Assembly (NCBI GenBank): GCA_028534125.1
Contig: CM052816.1
Location: forward strand, 61,878,001 to 61,942,000
Direction: 5' to 3'
Length of the DNA: 64,000 bases
Source of the DNA: Lama glama
Taxonomy: Eukaryota
Shown: piece after piece, positions 48,706 to 62,075 of the stretch
How the letters are laid out: every line of letters begins with the position of its first letter
How positions within the stretch are numbered: position 1 is the stretch's first letter
Translations under genes and position numbers: made by a program
Notes under the pieces: generated by a model
What the model saw: the letters and a program-made list of their open reading frames with translations, nothing else
What the model was told of the DNA's origin: nothing
The model's database searches: none

Positions 48706-50090
48706 AAGCAGTTCTCAAAGGATGGTTCATAGATCCTGGAAAACCCGAAAACCATTTCATAGAGAGTACACAACCTCAAAACTATTTTAATAATATTATA
48801 AAGATGTGATCTTCCCTTTTCTATGTTTTGACATTTGCACTGATGGTATAAGAGCAACTGTGGGTAAAACTGCTGGAACAACATGAATCAACTTGCAGCA
48901 CACTGTGCTAGAAGTCATTGTATTTGTCACTGCCAGGCACTCACAGTAAAGGGGAAAAAACAATTAAACCAGTTTCACTGAAGAATCTACTTGATGAAAC
49001 AGTAAAAATTATTAATTTTATGAAACTTCAACCTTTGAGCACCACACTGTGTGATGAAACTGAAGCATGCATAAAGCACTTTTATTGCACATACAAGTAT
49101 GATAGTTCTTTTGAGGAAAAACAGGTGCAATCATTTGAATTGTGAGCTAAAACAGTTTTTTTTTTGCTTTTTTTTTTAATGTATCACTTTATTTGAAAGA
49201 CAGATTGGTTCCTCTAATTTAGGAACAAAGTAATCCTCTCACTTTAAGGAAAAAGACTGAAAATAAATTTGTTGACAATAATAAAATTTGAGCTTTCAAG
49301 GAAAAAACAGAATTTTGGAAAACTCAGAACTATACTACCACTACCCTGGAAGAAGCTGGAGATTAGTGATGATTTTTAACGAAAGTGATTTTTTTAAAAA
49401 TCATATGGCAAAATGTATCTACGTTTGGAAGGTCTGCATAACTCAATGGATTAATACCTTCCAAATGGCCAACGCATAATGTTACAATATTATGCATGGG
49501 TGAACGATCCATTCAAAGTGCAAAATAAACCAATGGATTTTAATGTATAACAGGTTATGAAGAATTCATTGATTTCATTCTGCAGTTAATCTTCAAGAAA
49601 TTTGTACTTGTTGAGTTTTGGCATAATATCAGAGAAAAATAACTATAATTATCTGAAAAGGCTATTAAATACTCAAAGTACATATCTGTGTGAGGCCATA
49701 TTTTCCTCCTATAATTTAACCAAAACAACACAGTACATGTGACAGACTGAATGAAGAAGCAGATATGGGCATCTAGCTGCCTTTTACTGAGCCAGTCATT
49801 AATCAGATTTGCAAAAATGTGAAACAATTCTACTCTTCTCACTAAATGTTCTTTATTTTGGGAAAAGGTTACTTTTTCTAACATATATGTTATTTATGTT
49901 AAAATATAATGAAGTTTATTATTCTTATTTTAAATTTAAATTAAAAGATATTTTATAAAATTTCTCCATATTAATTTCTAGTAAGATCAATATTAAGAGA
50001 TATAATCCCCCAAAACCAAAAACTCTTTGGAGTCCTCAATAATTTTTAAGAGTATAATGGGTTCTGAGGCCAAAAAGTTGAGAACTGCTG
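48706..50090. mobile_element. Charlie1-like hAT DNA transposon, internally deleted (about 1.4 kb)
   Basis: Terminal inverted repeats GCAGTTCTCAA / TTGAGAACTGC. Track ORF 48918-49145 carries a transposase-like remnant (SLKNLLDETVKIINFMK..PLST). Confidence 0.85.
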
Positions 50091-52039
50091 CCCAAAGCTA
50101 TACTGGTCACTCTCCTGCACATGTGAGTGTGTATGTGTGTCCATCTATGTACACATAGGGGGATGGAGGAAGACCAACAGCCTTTGGCTGCTTCCATATT
50201 TACTTCTCAACTTCTGCGGCTTTGTTTTGCTTCTGAAGTAGAATTCCCTGCTTCCCTACAAGGAAGGGAAGCAATTATAATTCTATAACTCAAGAAATTG
50301 TTATTTAGCATTAAAAAAAAAAGTAGTACTCTGACTAAGCAGAAAGTAGTAGTAGTAAATTAGACAGCTATGAGGGTCTAATGACCAGTAAACCTATTTG
50401 AGTACTCCTGAATATTTGAAGAACACAAAATCAAATGTGTGATTCACAAACAGACCATGTTTATAATGTAAGGCAAATACTTATACAAATACAACATAAT
50501 ATAATACACCACCTATTCAAATCTCACCCTCCTTGAAGATCCAGCTAAGATTTAAGATTCTTAAAATATGCCCTAATCACACAGCAGATATTCATTAAAT
50601 ATAAACTGAAAAAAAATCAAATGAATACACTGATTAAAATGATTCTCCTTCCTCAGACCTGCCATTGAAATTATTGTCAGGATACAGTCAGCAATCATGG
50701 ATGTGTGGCCTTATGTGTGCAGTTCTAATGGCATTTCATAGCTTTTAAACACACACGTGCACATACACACTTTTGTATATGTATACAAATAAAGTTACAT
50801 ATTTATCTCCCGACACTTTTTTTCCCCCTTAGTGGCATACCAATACACCCCAGAATAAATTTCCCAAATTTCCCAAATTGAGGAAAACCAATTATAAGTT
50901 ACAGCCTGTTTCTAAAGGAAAATTTTCTTAAATTCTACATAACACACAAATAAAATTGCAAACATGATCCATTTATGAGTCAGTAAATACCCTGACATTA
51001 AGCAAATAATTCTAAAATTGGAAGTTGACTGAATTTCCTGGACCCAACAAATAATCTAACAAAACAAGAATGAAACACATGAGTCATAAAAGGTATAGGT
51101 GAGGCAAGTTTTTAGAAAACCCAAATCAAGAAAAATCATTTCATAAGAAATGACATTAACAGCTTAATTATTCTTTTGTAATCAAATTTATCTTAAACAT
51201 AAAAATACTAAAAATCACACTTTCATTTTGTACAGTCACTGAGATTATTGTTTGCATAATCGTAGATTCTACATTCACTCATTCCTTTAACAATGGTTGA
51301 ATATTTACCACATACCAAATGACCATTGGTAGAAGCTATGACTGCTTCTCTAGATGGCTTACTGGCCTTTTGCTTGCATATACCCTTTTTATTAACTAGT
51401 AAGTGGAGGAAAAATAATAGTTGCTTTCACAATATAATGCATTGTTGTAGACTGGTGAGTGGTTTGGAAGCTTTCAGAGGGAAGTACACACACACACACA
51501 AAAAGGAAACAACCCATATGTCCATCAACTGATGAATGAATAAACTAAATGCTGTATATCTGTACTATAGACTTATTCAGCAATAAAAAGGAATGAAGTG
51601 CTGAAACAAAAAGTATGCCAGATTCTCATTCAGATATTGAGACTACTTAGGTTGACAGTAACAAAACGAACTTGATCAAGCCACATATCCTCTAAAAGTT
51701 TATCTGTTAAATGAAGAAACAGAAAGACAGTTGATATAGATCTTCCAGCTTTAAACTTCCATAATTCTCTTTAGGCACTTTGAACATGTGGCGTAGAAAG
51801 ATTAAGTGAGACAGGAGATTTCATGCTACTTAATGGAGAAAAAAAAAAGGTAGTAGAAATGACTCATCCTAGCTATTTAATAAATGTATTATGCATTAAC
51901 TGTTTTTTCTTAAATTAAGAAATAGTAAAATAAACAGTATTCAGAAAGAATTACTTGGAAGATTCCAAAAATATATTAGAAAATATCGTAAGTATATTGT
52001 ATCTTGAAAATAGAAAAAGAAAATATTATAACTGATAGA

Positions 52040-52260
52040 ATTTTATTAACTATGATTTATTGAATGCCTACCCACTCATCTCATCATACAACAATCTGCT
52101 AAAATAGGTACTTCTATTTCTATTTTAAAATGAAGAAATTGAGACTCAGGTAGATTAAATAATTCATCCAAAGACACTAATTTAAATAAGGCACTGCTGG
52201 TATTCTGACCAGAGTCTGTCTGACTACAAAACAATACTCTTTCCACCGTAACAACATAGT
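52040..52260 (-). mobile_element. MIR SINE
   Basis: TATTTTAAAATGAAGAAATTGAGACTCAGGTAGATTAAATAATTCATCCAAAGACAC...GTCTGTCTGACTACAAA. Confidence 0.75.
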
Positions 52261-53214
52261 GCATTTAGATTCCCACAAATGAGTCCCTTCTTTATAGTTA
52301 AGCTTTAATTACTAGTGGTAATGGGAAAAGAAACAAATTGAAAAAATAAATCCCACACCAGCGTGGTATAATAGTTTATGACATGGAATAAATTCCAGTA
52401 AAATGAATTCTGGGGCTGGGTGAGATTCTAGATCAGATGGCTTCTGAGGTTCCTTCTAAGTCTCAAATTTAAGCAATATTCTCAATTCATTTAGTTTAAA
52501 CAGGTTCTCTAAACCATTTCCGCATATATTACATAAATTTAAATTTTATTATATGAACTATAAATTAATCACAAATTGTAAGCATATAATTTAAAGGAAT
52601 AATACTGGGATTCTTCTAAGGAAAGGATCCAAAGACTTTCTTTTTTTAAACTTTCTATTTTCTTTCATTGAGTTTGTTTAAACGAAACACACTGAAAACT
52701 CAAAAGGCTATTTTAACCCTAGCTAATAATACTTTCATAAGTTGGGAAAAACTTGCTCCAAAGAAGAATATACAGATTTGATTTTTCATTTCCATGTACT
52801 TTTTCTGTTTTTAGGGTGAGACAACAAAACTGCCACACACACACACAAAATGTTCTGAAGAAAATTAAGTACGACAAGTCCAAGAAAATTTACCAACTAA
52901 AAATTTATTCTTGGATAATCAAGAGGAAACTGAGAAAGATTTCTAAGTTTTATGCAAGATAAAGAAAATGACATAAAACTAACAGCTGCCTTATATTATG
53001 ACCTACTGCAAATAATCAAGTAGCAAGAAACAAAGCTAAAAATAACTTAACTTATTAATTGAAATAGCTAATGAAGTACAAAGTCAGAACTTACTACTTA
53101 GTCTTAGTTTTTTTAGAAATAGGGTCATTTAAAAATATCTGATCTAATAGTAAATTTAAAGCTATAGGTATAATTTAAACATTAAAATGCGAGTCTAAGG
53201 TGCCATCAAAAAGT

Positions 53215-54015
53215 CCTTATAGAGCATTCCAAACAATCACAGCAGAATACATATTCGTTTCAAGTACACCTGGAACATGCACAAAGATAAGCCATATCCT
53301 GGACCAAAAGACAAGTCTCCATAAACGTAAAATAACTGAAATCTTACAGAGTATGTCCTCTGACTACAATGAAATTAATTTAGACATTAGTAATAGAAAA
53401 ATATCAGGAAATTTCCCAAGTATTTGGAAAATAAACAGTCCACACAGGGCAAAGACCCACAGGGCAAAGAAGCAGCCCCAGGGGAAATAAATTAGGAAGT
53501 ACTGTGAACTGAATAAATTGAAAGCGCAATTGTATCAATCCAGGTTTAACCAGAGAAGCAGAACCAATTGAATTTCTTCTTCAGGGAAGACTCAGCTTTG
53601 CTCCTCAGCCTTTCAATTGACTGAATCAGGCCCCCAGATTAGTTTGGATAATCTGCTTTACTTTAAGTCACTGATTATGGACTTTAACCGTATCTATATG
53701 GAATACCTTCACAGCAACAGCAATATTAATGTTTGATTAAACAGCTAGGGTCCACAGCCTAGCCAAGTTGACAGTTGATGAAACCGACTACCACAACAAC
53801 ATGTAATAATTGGTGAAACGACAGAATGCAGTGTGCTTAGAGGGAAATTTGGAGCTTTAAGTGCTTATACTAAAAAAGAAAGTCCAAAATCAACTATCTA
53901 AACTTCCAGCATAAGAAACTAAAAAGGAAAACACAGCAACAAAGAATAGACAAGGAGAAAAAGGAGAAGAGAAAAAGGAGGAGCAAATTAAACAGAAAGT
54001 AAGTAGAAGGAAGTA
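53215..54015 (+). mobile_element. Old L1 ORF2 endonuclease-region fragment interrupted by an LTR
   Basis: Track ORF 53200-53490 (YRAFQTITAEYIFVSSTPGTCTKISHILDQK...SDYNEINLDI) resembles L1 EN YTFFS..HGTFSKIDH...SDHN. The L1 resumes at about 53800 with CTTAGAGGGAAATTT. Confidence 0.85.
53531..53795 (-). mobile_element. MLT2-type (ERVL) solo LTR, internally deleted
   Basis: TGTATCAATCCAGGTTTAACCAGAGAAGCAGAACCA...GCCTTTCAATTGACTGAATCAGGCCC...AGCCTAGCCAAGTTGACA...TACCACA, with TG..CA ends. Confidence 0.8.
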
Positions 54016-57000
54016 AGTTAGAGGACTACTTGATTTCAAAACTGTTACATATTACAGACTGTGTAAATCGTTATCTCAAAGACTTTTAATAACATATGAG
54101 ATGTGCCAATTTGGAAAATTCTCAGTTCCAACTTTCCCCTGCTGACCATGCTCCAGATAAAACTTTCACTGAAGTTGAAAGCTGGATGCACCCTTGAAAC
54201 TAGAAGGTAGTTTAATCCTTTCGTTTTTAAGAAAAGAACATCCAAGGTCAAACAGCTGGGGAAAAGTTGTGCAAGGACTAGCATCCTGGTTTCCAAAACC
54301 TCTTCCCAAAGCTCTTCCCATTATATACTGTCTCCAAGTTGCCTTACATGTCACTAAAAATATGCCACACCAAGGTCACTGTTCTGCAGAAACCATGGAA
54401 AAACACCACGATACCTATGTGCCTGTTTTCTTTTATTTCTTAAATTTATCCACATTAGCACATAAAGCACCTTCCCCTCTGGGGAACCTCCTAGGAAATA
54501 AACACCTTTTCTGTGCTGAAAGATTAGAAAAAAGCACCCAGTGCTTTGGACTGATGTGGTCGCTGAGCAGTGCACAAGGCTTGGTGTGGAACTCCAGCTA
54601 AATTTCAGCCCATGCTCATACTCCATAGCTAAGTCCTGTTTTTCAGGTCACCATGGACACAACTGTCTTCAGTAGCCCTGCTTATTGATCATCTGCTATC
54701 CTATCAAATGCAGAAAATCCAGTAATGTCACTTCATAAAAATACTCCCTTCAGAAGTCAAATATATATAAAAACAAACTTTAAAAACCACATCTTAAAAC
54801 TCTTAAGCTGTATCTTAAAACTCTTGGCATAGAGAAGTTCTAATATTGTAAATATTCAAGGAGAATCACAATGTTAAGAGTAGGAAGAAAAACTTTATTA
54901 CTAATACTTCATTTTAAAAATGATATTTTATGTTTGTTTTGTTTAGTAAGATTTGAAGTGTTTCTGTAAGTGCTATATTAAAAATCACATAGAAGGAAAA
55001 AATAAACCAATGTTTTCCTAAGCAATAAATGTCATCATTGACTTTTCAGCAAGGACATTTATCTTTCTAAAATAAAACAGTTGCATACACTAGCTAAAGT
55101 TAGAATTTTATCTTTTAATTTTGTTTCCTTAAGTGAACATGTCCATAATCACATTCGTAGAACAAGCTATTTTTGTTTTATGAAGTTGTCATTAAGTTTT
55201 TATTATAAACAGGATGTTCTCAAAAATACTTCCATTTTTTATAAACATTCAAAATGAAACAAATGAAATAAAAATAGTAATTAACAATTTCAGTAAAATG
55301 CATTATCTTAGAAGATTTCTTTTATTAGCAAAATTACTCCTACAATGTACTTGCTCCAGTTTAGATTCTGGCTGTTGGCAGTATAAAGCTGCCTTAAAAC
55401 ACACCTTCAGGAAAACTAATTAACCTCATCCGACTTAACAATATTTTACTTGGGATTTCCTATGTATTTAGAGTACTCAGTCTGTCTACACCATTTGGTA
55501 CTTTTTAATGTATTCCCTTCTGAAATCACTTCATGTGCTCATGGCTTACAGCACATGATTTAGGCAATAACTGCATCTGATATAGACAGAGTACATTTTC
55601 TGTAGCCAAGAGAGGGACGTAGGAGGTGAGCGAACCAGGATGTTTATGAAGAACAGCGGTTACTAATTTTCTTTCTAGGCAGGCTTGGCTTGTCTCTACA
55701 TTTTCCCCATGGAGTGGGTTCATCTCTTCTACTTCATTGGTATCGCACTGCTTTAACACAGACATCCCCTTAAATACTGCTCTGGTTGCCATATATGCTT
55801 AATAATTATTGTCAATTACCTAACAAATTAATTTTTTCATTTTATTTTGAAATATGCCATGGCTGGAAGGCGTGCCAAAAGGTGGGCTGTCCTATGGTTG
55901 TTAAAGAGGGCTGGATTGTGTGGTGGGTAGCAAAAGCACTTTAAACTATGTAATCATAGGCCACCAATGGCATCATGTTTTAACAGTAGTCTCATACACA
56001 TAATTTCATTTGACCTAATCACAATCCTATTGGGATAGGAAGGGCAGATATTAATTGCATTTTACAGATTCAAAAATGTTGACTTGTTCAAAATTTACTT
56101 AGGATAAATTGATGCTGGGACCAGAATCTAATCTTTATAGATCGCAACTGTCATTAAATTTGAGTAACATTCATCTTACAAATGAAATTTTTAGCACAGT
56201 GCCAGAAATAAACATTTGTTTTCACCTTGCTACTTGGTACATTCATTCTTCTCCTTAAACTACAGCCTCAGTTACCACAGGGATTTGGTATTCATCCTCA
56301 AATTATAAAAGGCAAAATAAACGTAACCACCTGTCACAGGAATCTCACCAAACCCCCTACTCATACTGCTCCTCTGGAGGAATGTAGAAATCCAACATTC
56401 ATCCATCCCTGAGTCTTTCAAATTGACTTACTCTAAGTGAAAAAAGAAGTTGATCGATGTTTATCCGTACACTTGAATTAACACATAAATCAAGCAAAAT
56501 GAGTTCTATTTGCACTTTACTATCCTGGAAGGTACTTCATGAGCTGGTCCCAACCTATCTTTTCAGTTCTATTTCCAACTATATCCTCTCCTCTAGTCAC
56601 AACAGATTGTTCCTCAAATACACTCTGTACTTTTCTCAGTTTCCTTTACTGGAAATTCCCTCCGCACCCATTTCCTCTTATTCAAACTCTACCCCTTCTT
56701 CAAGGACTGGTATTAATGCTATCTTCTTTGAATACATGCAGACTTCCTGATCCCTTAAGTCAAAATTAATCTCTCCCTCCTCCAGGAAGCTACTGTATTT
56801 TCTCTAAACGTCTGTTTTATATAGAGTTCATTGTGTTCTAGAGTTCACAGCTATCCATCTGGCTTAGCTGTGAGCTTTGAGGGGGGGGTAGTATCTTTCT
56901 TTATATCTACCACATACATATTGAAGATGTTTGAAAAAATGTTTACTGAATGCAAATTATCTAGCAAAGAGAACACTGTCTTAGTTCAAGTTTTCATCAT

Positions 57001-57744
57001 ATCTTATCTGGATCTGGACTACTAAAGCAGTCTCCTGGTTGGTCTCCCCAACCTCTAGTGTTGGCTGTCTCCAGTTTATTTTCCATATTATTACCACAGT
57101 GATCCTCTGAGGCAAAAACCTGATCCTGGCAGTTTCCAATTTTACTTTATATTGTTCTCTATCATTTAGAAAGTCCAGTTTCTAAACATGCCATCCATGA
57201 CCCATCTTGATTTGGCCTCAGTCTACTTCTCTAATAACTTTGTACATGAATTCATGCAGATGTGCATCCATGTGTACACAAGTTCCCAGGTTATCAGGAT
57301 ATCAAACTCCTACCTATCCCCTTGAATGTACTATTTGCATCCTTGGTCCACCATTCAACTGTCTCATTTTTTATGCCCTATCTCAGGGGAGGGATAATAT
57401 GGCAGGTAAGTCAAACATATCTGTGTTTAAACCTAGATTGTCCATTACTTGGAGAGTAATCCTAAGTTAAACGTTGCAAATACAATTGCAGGAAGATGGG
57501 AAAGCTCTCAAACTTCACCATTCTTTCTCTACTTTCTTTGCTATACCACTCTGCTCCTATGCTTAGGTGGGCAACTTTAACATTCTGTGTAGAATATAAA
57601 ACTAGGAGCTGGTTCCAGATTTAAAAACTAATAAGCTGTAATCTTTGTTTCCTTCTACCTGCTTATTCACTAAAACTAAAATATGAGGTAACAATATACA
57701 GAAAAATTTAAATCTTTTTTTGCTTATTAATAGTGGTCCAACTC

Positions 57745-58420
57745 AGCAAAGATGTACATATAGCATATTTTCATATATTGTTTGCCTCACATATCTTTGG
57801 TGAAATATCTGTTCAGATCTTTTGTCCACTTCCTAATTGGCTTGTTTAAGAGTTTTGGTTTAACTTTTAAGAGTTCTTTATATATTCTGGATACAAGCCT
57901 TTTATCAGATGTGTGATCTGCAAATATTGCTTCCTAGTCTGTGGCTTGTCTGTCCATCCCCTTAACAGCACCTTTTGCAAAGCTGAAGTATTTTATCACT
58001 GCACTTCATGACTTTTATATCTAAAACCTCACTATCAAACCAAAGTTCATATGGATTTTTCTCCTGTGTTTTTTTTTTTAAATGGAGGTACTGAGGATTG
58101 AATCCAGGACCTTGTGCTACTAAGCCACACTCTACCACTGAGCTATACCCAACCTACGTTTTCTTTTAGAAGCTTAGAAGTTTTACGTATAGGTTTCTGA
58201 TCCATTTTTGAGTTAATCATTATTCAAAATGCGAGGTATGTGTCAAGGTTCTCTTTTGGTGGCACACAAAGAACTCTATTCTAGCACCATCTGTTGAAAA
58301 GCCTATCATTTCTCAATCAAATTGTCTTTGAAATTTTGTCAAAAATCAGTTGACTATGTTTGTGTGAGTCTATTTCTGGGCTCTGTATTCTGTTCCATTG
58401 ATTGATCTCTCTATCGTTTA
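57745..58420 (-). mobile_element. L1 ORF2 3' fragment (L1MA/MB-like) containing a nested SINE
   Basis: GAGTTCTTTATATATTCTGGATACAAGCCTTTTATCAGATGTGTGATCTGCAAATATT and GAGTCTATTTCTGGGCTCTGTATTCTGTTCCATTGAT. Confidence 0.85.
58069..58153 (-). mobile_element. tRNA-derived SINE, camelid Vic-1 type, nested in L1
   Basis: Reverse complement is GGGTATAGCTCAGTGGTAGAGTGTGGCTTAGTAGCACAAGGTCCTGGATTCAATCCTCAGTACCTCCATTT plus poly-A; same family as 21130-21259. Confidence 0.85.
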
Positions 58421-59296
58421 GCCATCTATTTCTTTTCCTTCTTTAAGGTTTAATAGGTATGTAATGCACTAGATTTGTTAAACAGCATATACTTAAGTAC
58501 TTCCTTCTAGTTCAAGGTATCATAACTCTGTATATAGATTTCCTTCTGTCCTAAGAATCAGAAATGGAAATCTAACAGCAAAAAAAAGTTAACATAAGCA
58601 GAACTTAATGGTGAAGCAGAAAAAGAATACTGTAGAGCATGCAGTAATATACTAAGGCTAGGCAATTGCTCTGCCTGAAAACTGGGAGTTTTTTCAACCT
58701 TAAATAGCCCAATTGAGGTGAATCCCTTTGGCATAATCTATTTCCGCGTCAGATTTATAGCTCTGTAGGGGTTTTGATAGCTTGCATTTTGTTTTAACCT
58801 GGTTTAGGTGCCAGGTATTCATGTATTCTAAACTTCAACAGTAACATTGTTTTAAAAAATAACAGTTCAAAGACATATACAGTATGAACTTACAAATATT
58901 CTTAAAATAGTACTTTAGAAACTTTTTAAAAGAACTGAAATTAATTTTCTCTTATGCAAACATGCCTTATATGCTTTTTTGATGGAATAGCAGTATCTTA
59001 TCAGTGTTTTATGAAAAAGACCTTGAATTAGGAGTTTCTATACATCATAAAAGGCTATTACCTTAAACTCCATGAATTAAGGTAATTCAAACATTTCTCC
59101 ATATTATGGCCCTAGCACCAAAGACCCAAAGCAGTGATGTTGCAATTGAACCATCCTTAGGTTCTAAACCCCCACTGGCGGCCAGGGTTCTAGGTGCTCA
59201 ATTCTTGTTGACAGTTGTGTGTATTGTAACAGGATTATGTCCCTTTCTAGTGAAAATTGTTTGCTATTCACTGGCACAGCTTAGAAACAAGGCCAG

Positions 59297-62075
59297 TTTG
59301 GCTCAGAGAAGGGACCCTCTCACTTTGTCTCCCTAGACTAGAGTAACCAGTGTCTTCTGCAAACATCTGAGCCACTGAAAAAGATAATCTAGATTCAAAC
59401 TTGCTCTTTAACCTTTTTATCTTAATTCACCTATGCTTTCAGTATATAGGAAAATGTCAAGTAACATGTGTATTTTCATCACTAATTGACTTACTACAAA
59501 AACTATGAGCAAAGACCTTTAAATACCTACTAAAATGTAAACACACTTTGTCCCAAAATTCATTCCATACTACACAGTACAGTCTAAAACAATGAAAGGT
59601 ACACATCGTAATTTTTAAAACTTCACTAGGATACTGATAAATCCTACCTAAGAGTATAATGATGAACATAAAGCAAAATAATTAGGACTGGGGAATAACT
59701 CTGCAAGGTTATCCTAGCCTTCAGTTTCTGGGCTACTCTCCAGTAGCATCAGGATTAGACATTCTCACCTTCTATCACACTAAATATGCTTTCACAGGTC
59801 AGCTATATATCTTTTTTCCTACGTGACTAGGCACGTTCGCATAAACTGTACCTAAAACTGAATCCTACCAAACAGCAGCAAGGATATAAAATACAAGAAC
59901 AGTAACACTCAAGTCTTTGTCTCAGGCCTACATGATATCATTCTAAACTCTTTGAAGCCAAGCCAAGGGTTTTTCTTTTTAACTCCCTTACACAAAGCCT
60001 GTCTTTAAGATATTTCAAGTTATTGTCAATATTGTGAGCAAATAAGCATATCCGGAAATTTTCTATTAATTTGTAATGATTAATATAACCAAAAAAGTAA
60101 ATGGTTATCTAAAAGGAGAAATTGGCAGGAAGTCGTTACATAACTTTTGAAGTTAAGAAAACATTCTTTTTCTTAGAATCAAGAAAATCAAATATACAGC
60201 AAAGAACAAATCTAACTTCCTATCTGCTAAGTACATATACACCTTTGATCTGATGAATTTCTAGAACAAATTAAAAATACAAATTAAAAAGAAATGATTC
60301 AGTACTTAGGCTCACATGCCAGTTAATAACTGTCTTTGACCACAAGAAAAGTACTTTTCAGTAGGAATAGAATCCTACCCATTATCATATAATAAATTTG
60401 AGACTGTTTAAACAAGATAATTCTTTTAAAAAGCAGCTAAATCAACACTATAAATTTTAAAATGTAAAGCAGACTATGCTGACATCACAAAATTAGCAAT
60501 TAGGAATACCAGGAAAATGTATTAAGGATCTTTAACAAAAATAATTGAGTAGAAGATAATATAAGTAAGACTTATATTCATTTCCTCCCTGCCCGCATCC
60601 CCACCTTAAAGATCCCACTCTATTCACAGCCCTGGAAGAAACAGTCTTACTGTACTTATCGGTTTACTGAAAAATAAACCAAATATAAAATTACATTAAA
60701 AATCTAGTAAGCCACTGAAAGCATACCTTAGAGTGACAATGGAAAAACTCTCTAAGATTTAACACTCCATAGGTGCTTTTAAATAGTACATTCATTGAAA
60801 TCAATATAAATGTGCACTTACATTAAATAAACTGATACACACGGTTTAGCAACGTCTCAATAATAAAGACTAAGGAGGGGGGAGAGATCAAATATTACTA
60901 ACATATTAAAACTGGCAAAAAGGTAGGAAAGAACTGTAATGAATTCTATGAGATTCCTCTTCAAAGTAGGTCATTACTGAATAGTTTATATTGTGTCTAC
61001 TTTTAAAAAGACAAGCTTAAAGGAGAAGATTCAATAACGCTAACAAAATCCATTCGTTTGAAGATTAATGTTGATGAAACACTACAGCAGCTGTTCTTAA
61101 AAGACGTAGAACTTCTTGGAAAAAAAAAAAACTGATTTTGGCTAGGAAAAGGGATCCTCTAACTTCATCTCCCTGGAATAGAGTGACCATTGTCTTCTAC
61201 AAACATCTGAGCCTAGCACTGAAAAGGACAGTTCCAAACTTGCTTTTTAAACTTATCTTCATTCACCTATACTCCCAACATATAGGAAAAAGTTATGTGT
61301 ATTTTCATTAATTAACTGACTATAAAAATATGAGCAAATCACATTCTAGACCTACTGAATGAGATTTTTGTTTGTTTGTTTTTTGAAGGGAGTAGGTCCT
61401 AGCATACACATTTTGTAAAAATCAGACAAATTTAAAAAATTCGTCCCAGGTCATTAGGATATGTACCCTTGGTAGGGATGGAGGGAGTTATTTTAAATCA
61501 TGTGGTCTGAAAAGGCCTCTCTGATGAGACTCTATTTGAACAGGGAATTGAATGAAGAGAAAGAATGGTTACTAAGAATACCTTGGAGAAGGTGGTTTCA
61601 AGCTGAGGTAACCCCAGGTACAGAGGCCTGAAAGACCAATGAGCTTCACGTGCCGGTGGAACAGCAAGAAGGACACATGCCTGGTGTGAAGTGAGCAACA
61701 AGAGTAACGTGGAGAACAGTTTGGCCACAGCGTGTATGAAAGTGAGGACCAGAGCACAGAGTGGAGGGGTTGCCTTTGCTAGAAGAATATGGATTCAGGT
61801 GCAGATGGGTAGATTTGGTGGTGGAAAATGAGAAGTTCTCTTGCTATTTCTGTTTCTGTAATGAAATAAGCAGCAAGATGATCAGCCACAAGTGAGAAGG
61901 CGGTGGAGATGTTGGGTGTTGTTAGGATGATTCTTTTCCAGGAACAACAAGAAAGCCAACTAAGAAAGCTATTTGAAATAGTGAAGCAGCTACTTAATTC
62001 CTGCCTGCCCACATTCCCACCTTAGAGAACCTACCCTCCTCACAGCCCTGGAAGAAACAGCCTTACACTATCAGT
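59297..62075 (+). repeat. Diverged local direct duplication in two blocks (59297-59538 vs 61137-61362; 60581-60665 vs 61997-62075)
   Basis: Alignable by eye, e.g. TGTCTTCTGCAAACATCTGAGCC / TGTCTTCTACAAACATCTGAGCC and TCACAGCCCTGGAAGAAACAGTCTTAC / TCACAGCCCTGGAAGAAACAGCCTTAC. Confidence 0.85.
61495..61915 (-). mobile_element. L2 fragment(s)
   Basis: AAGGCCTCTCTGATGAGACTCTATTTGAACAGGGAATTGAATGAAGAGA and GGAACAGCAAGAAGGACACATGCCTGG. Confidence 0.75.

Noticed and set aside
54045..54626. Cluster of overlapping ORFs up to 135 aa on both strands
   Set aside because: Partly overlaps a MIR-like relic, with no recognisable protein similarity or splice support.
59168..59184. CTCF-like motif (minus strand TGGCCGCCAGTGGGGGT)
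   Set aside because: Mismatches in the core AG(A/G)(G/T)GGC(A/G) half, so it cannot be supported without a PWM score or ChIP data.
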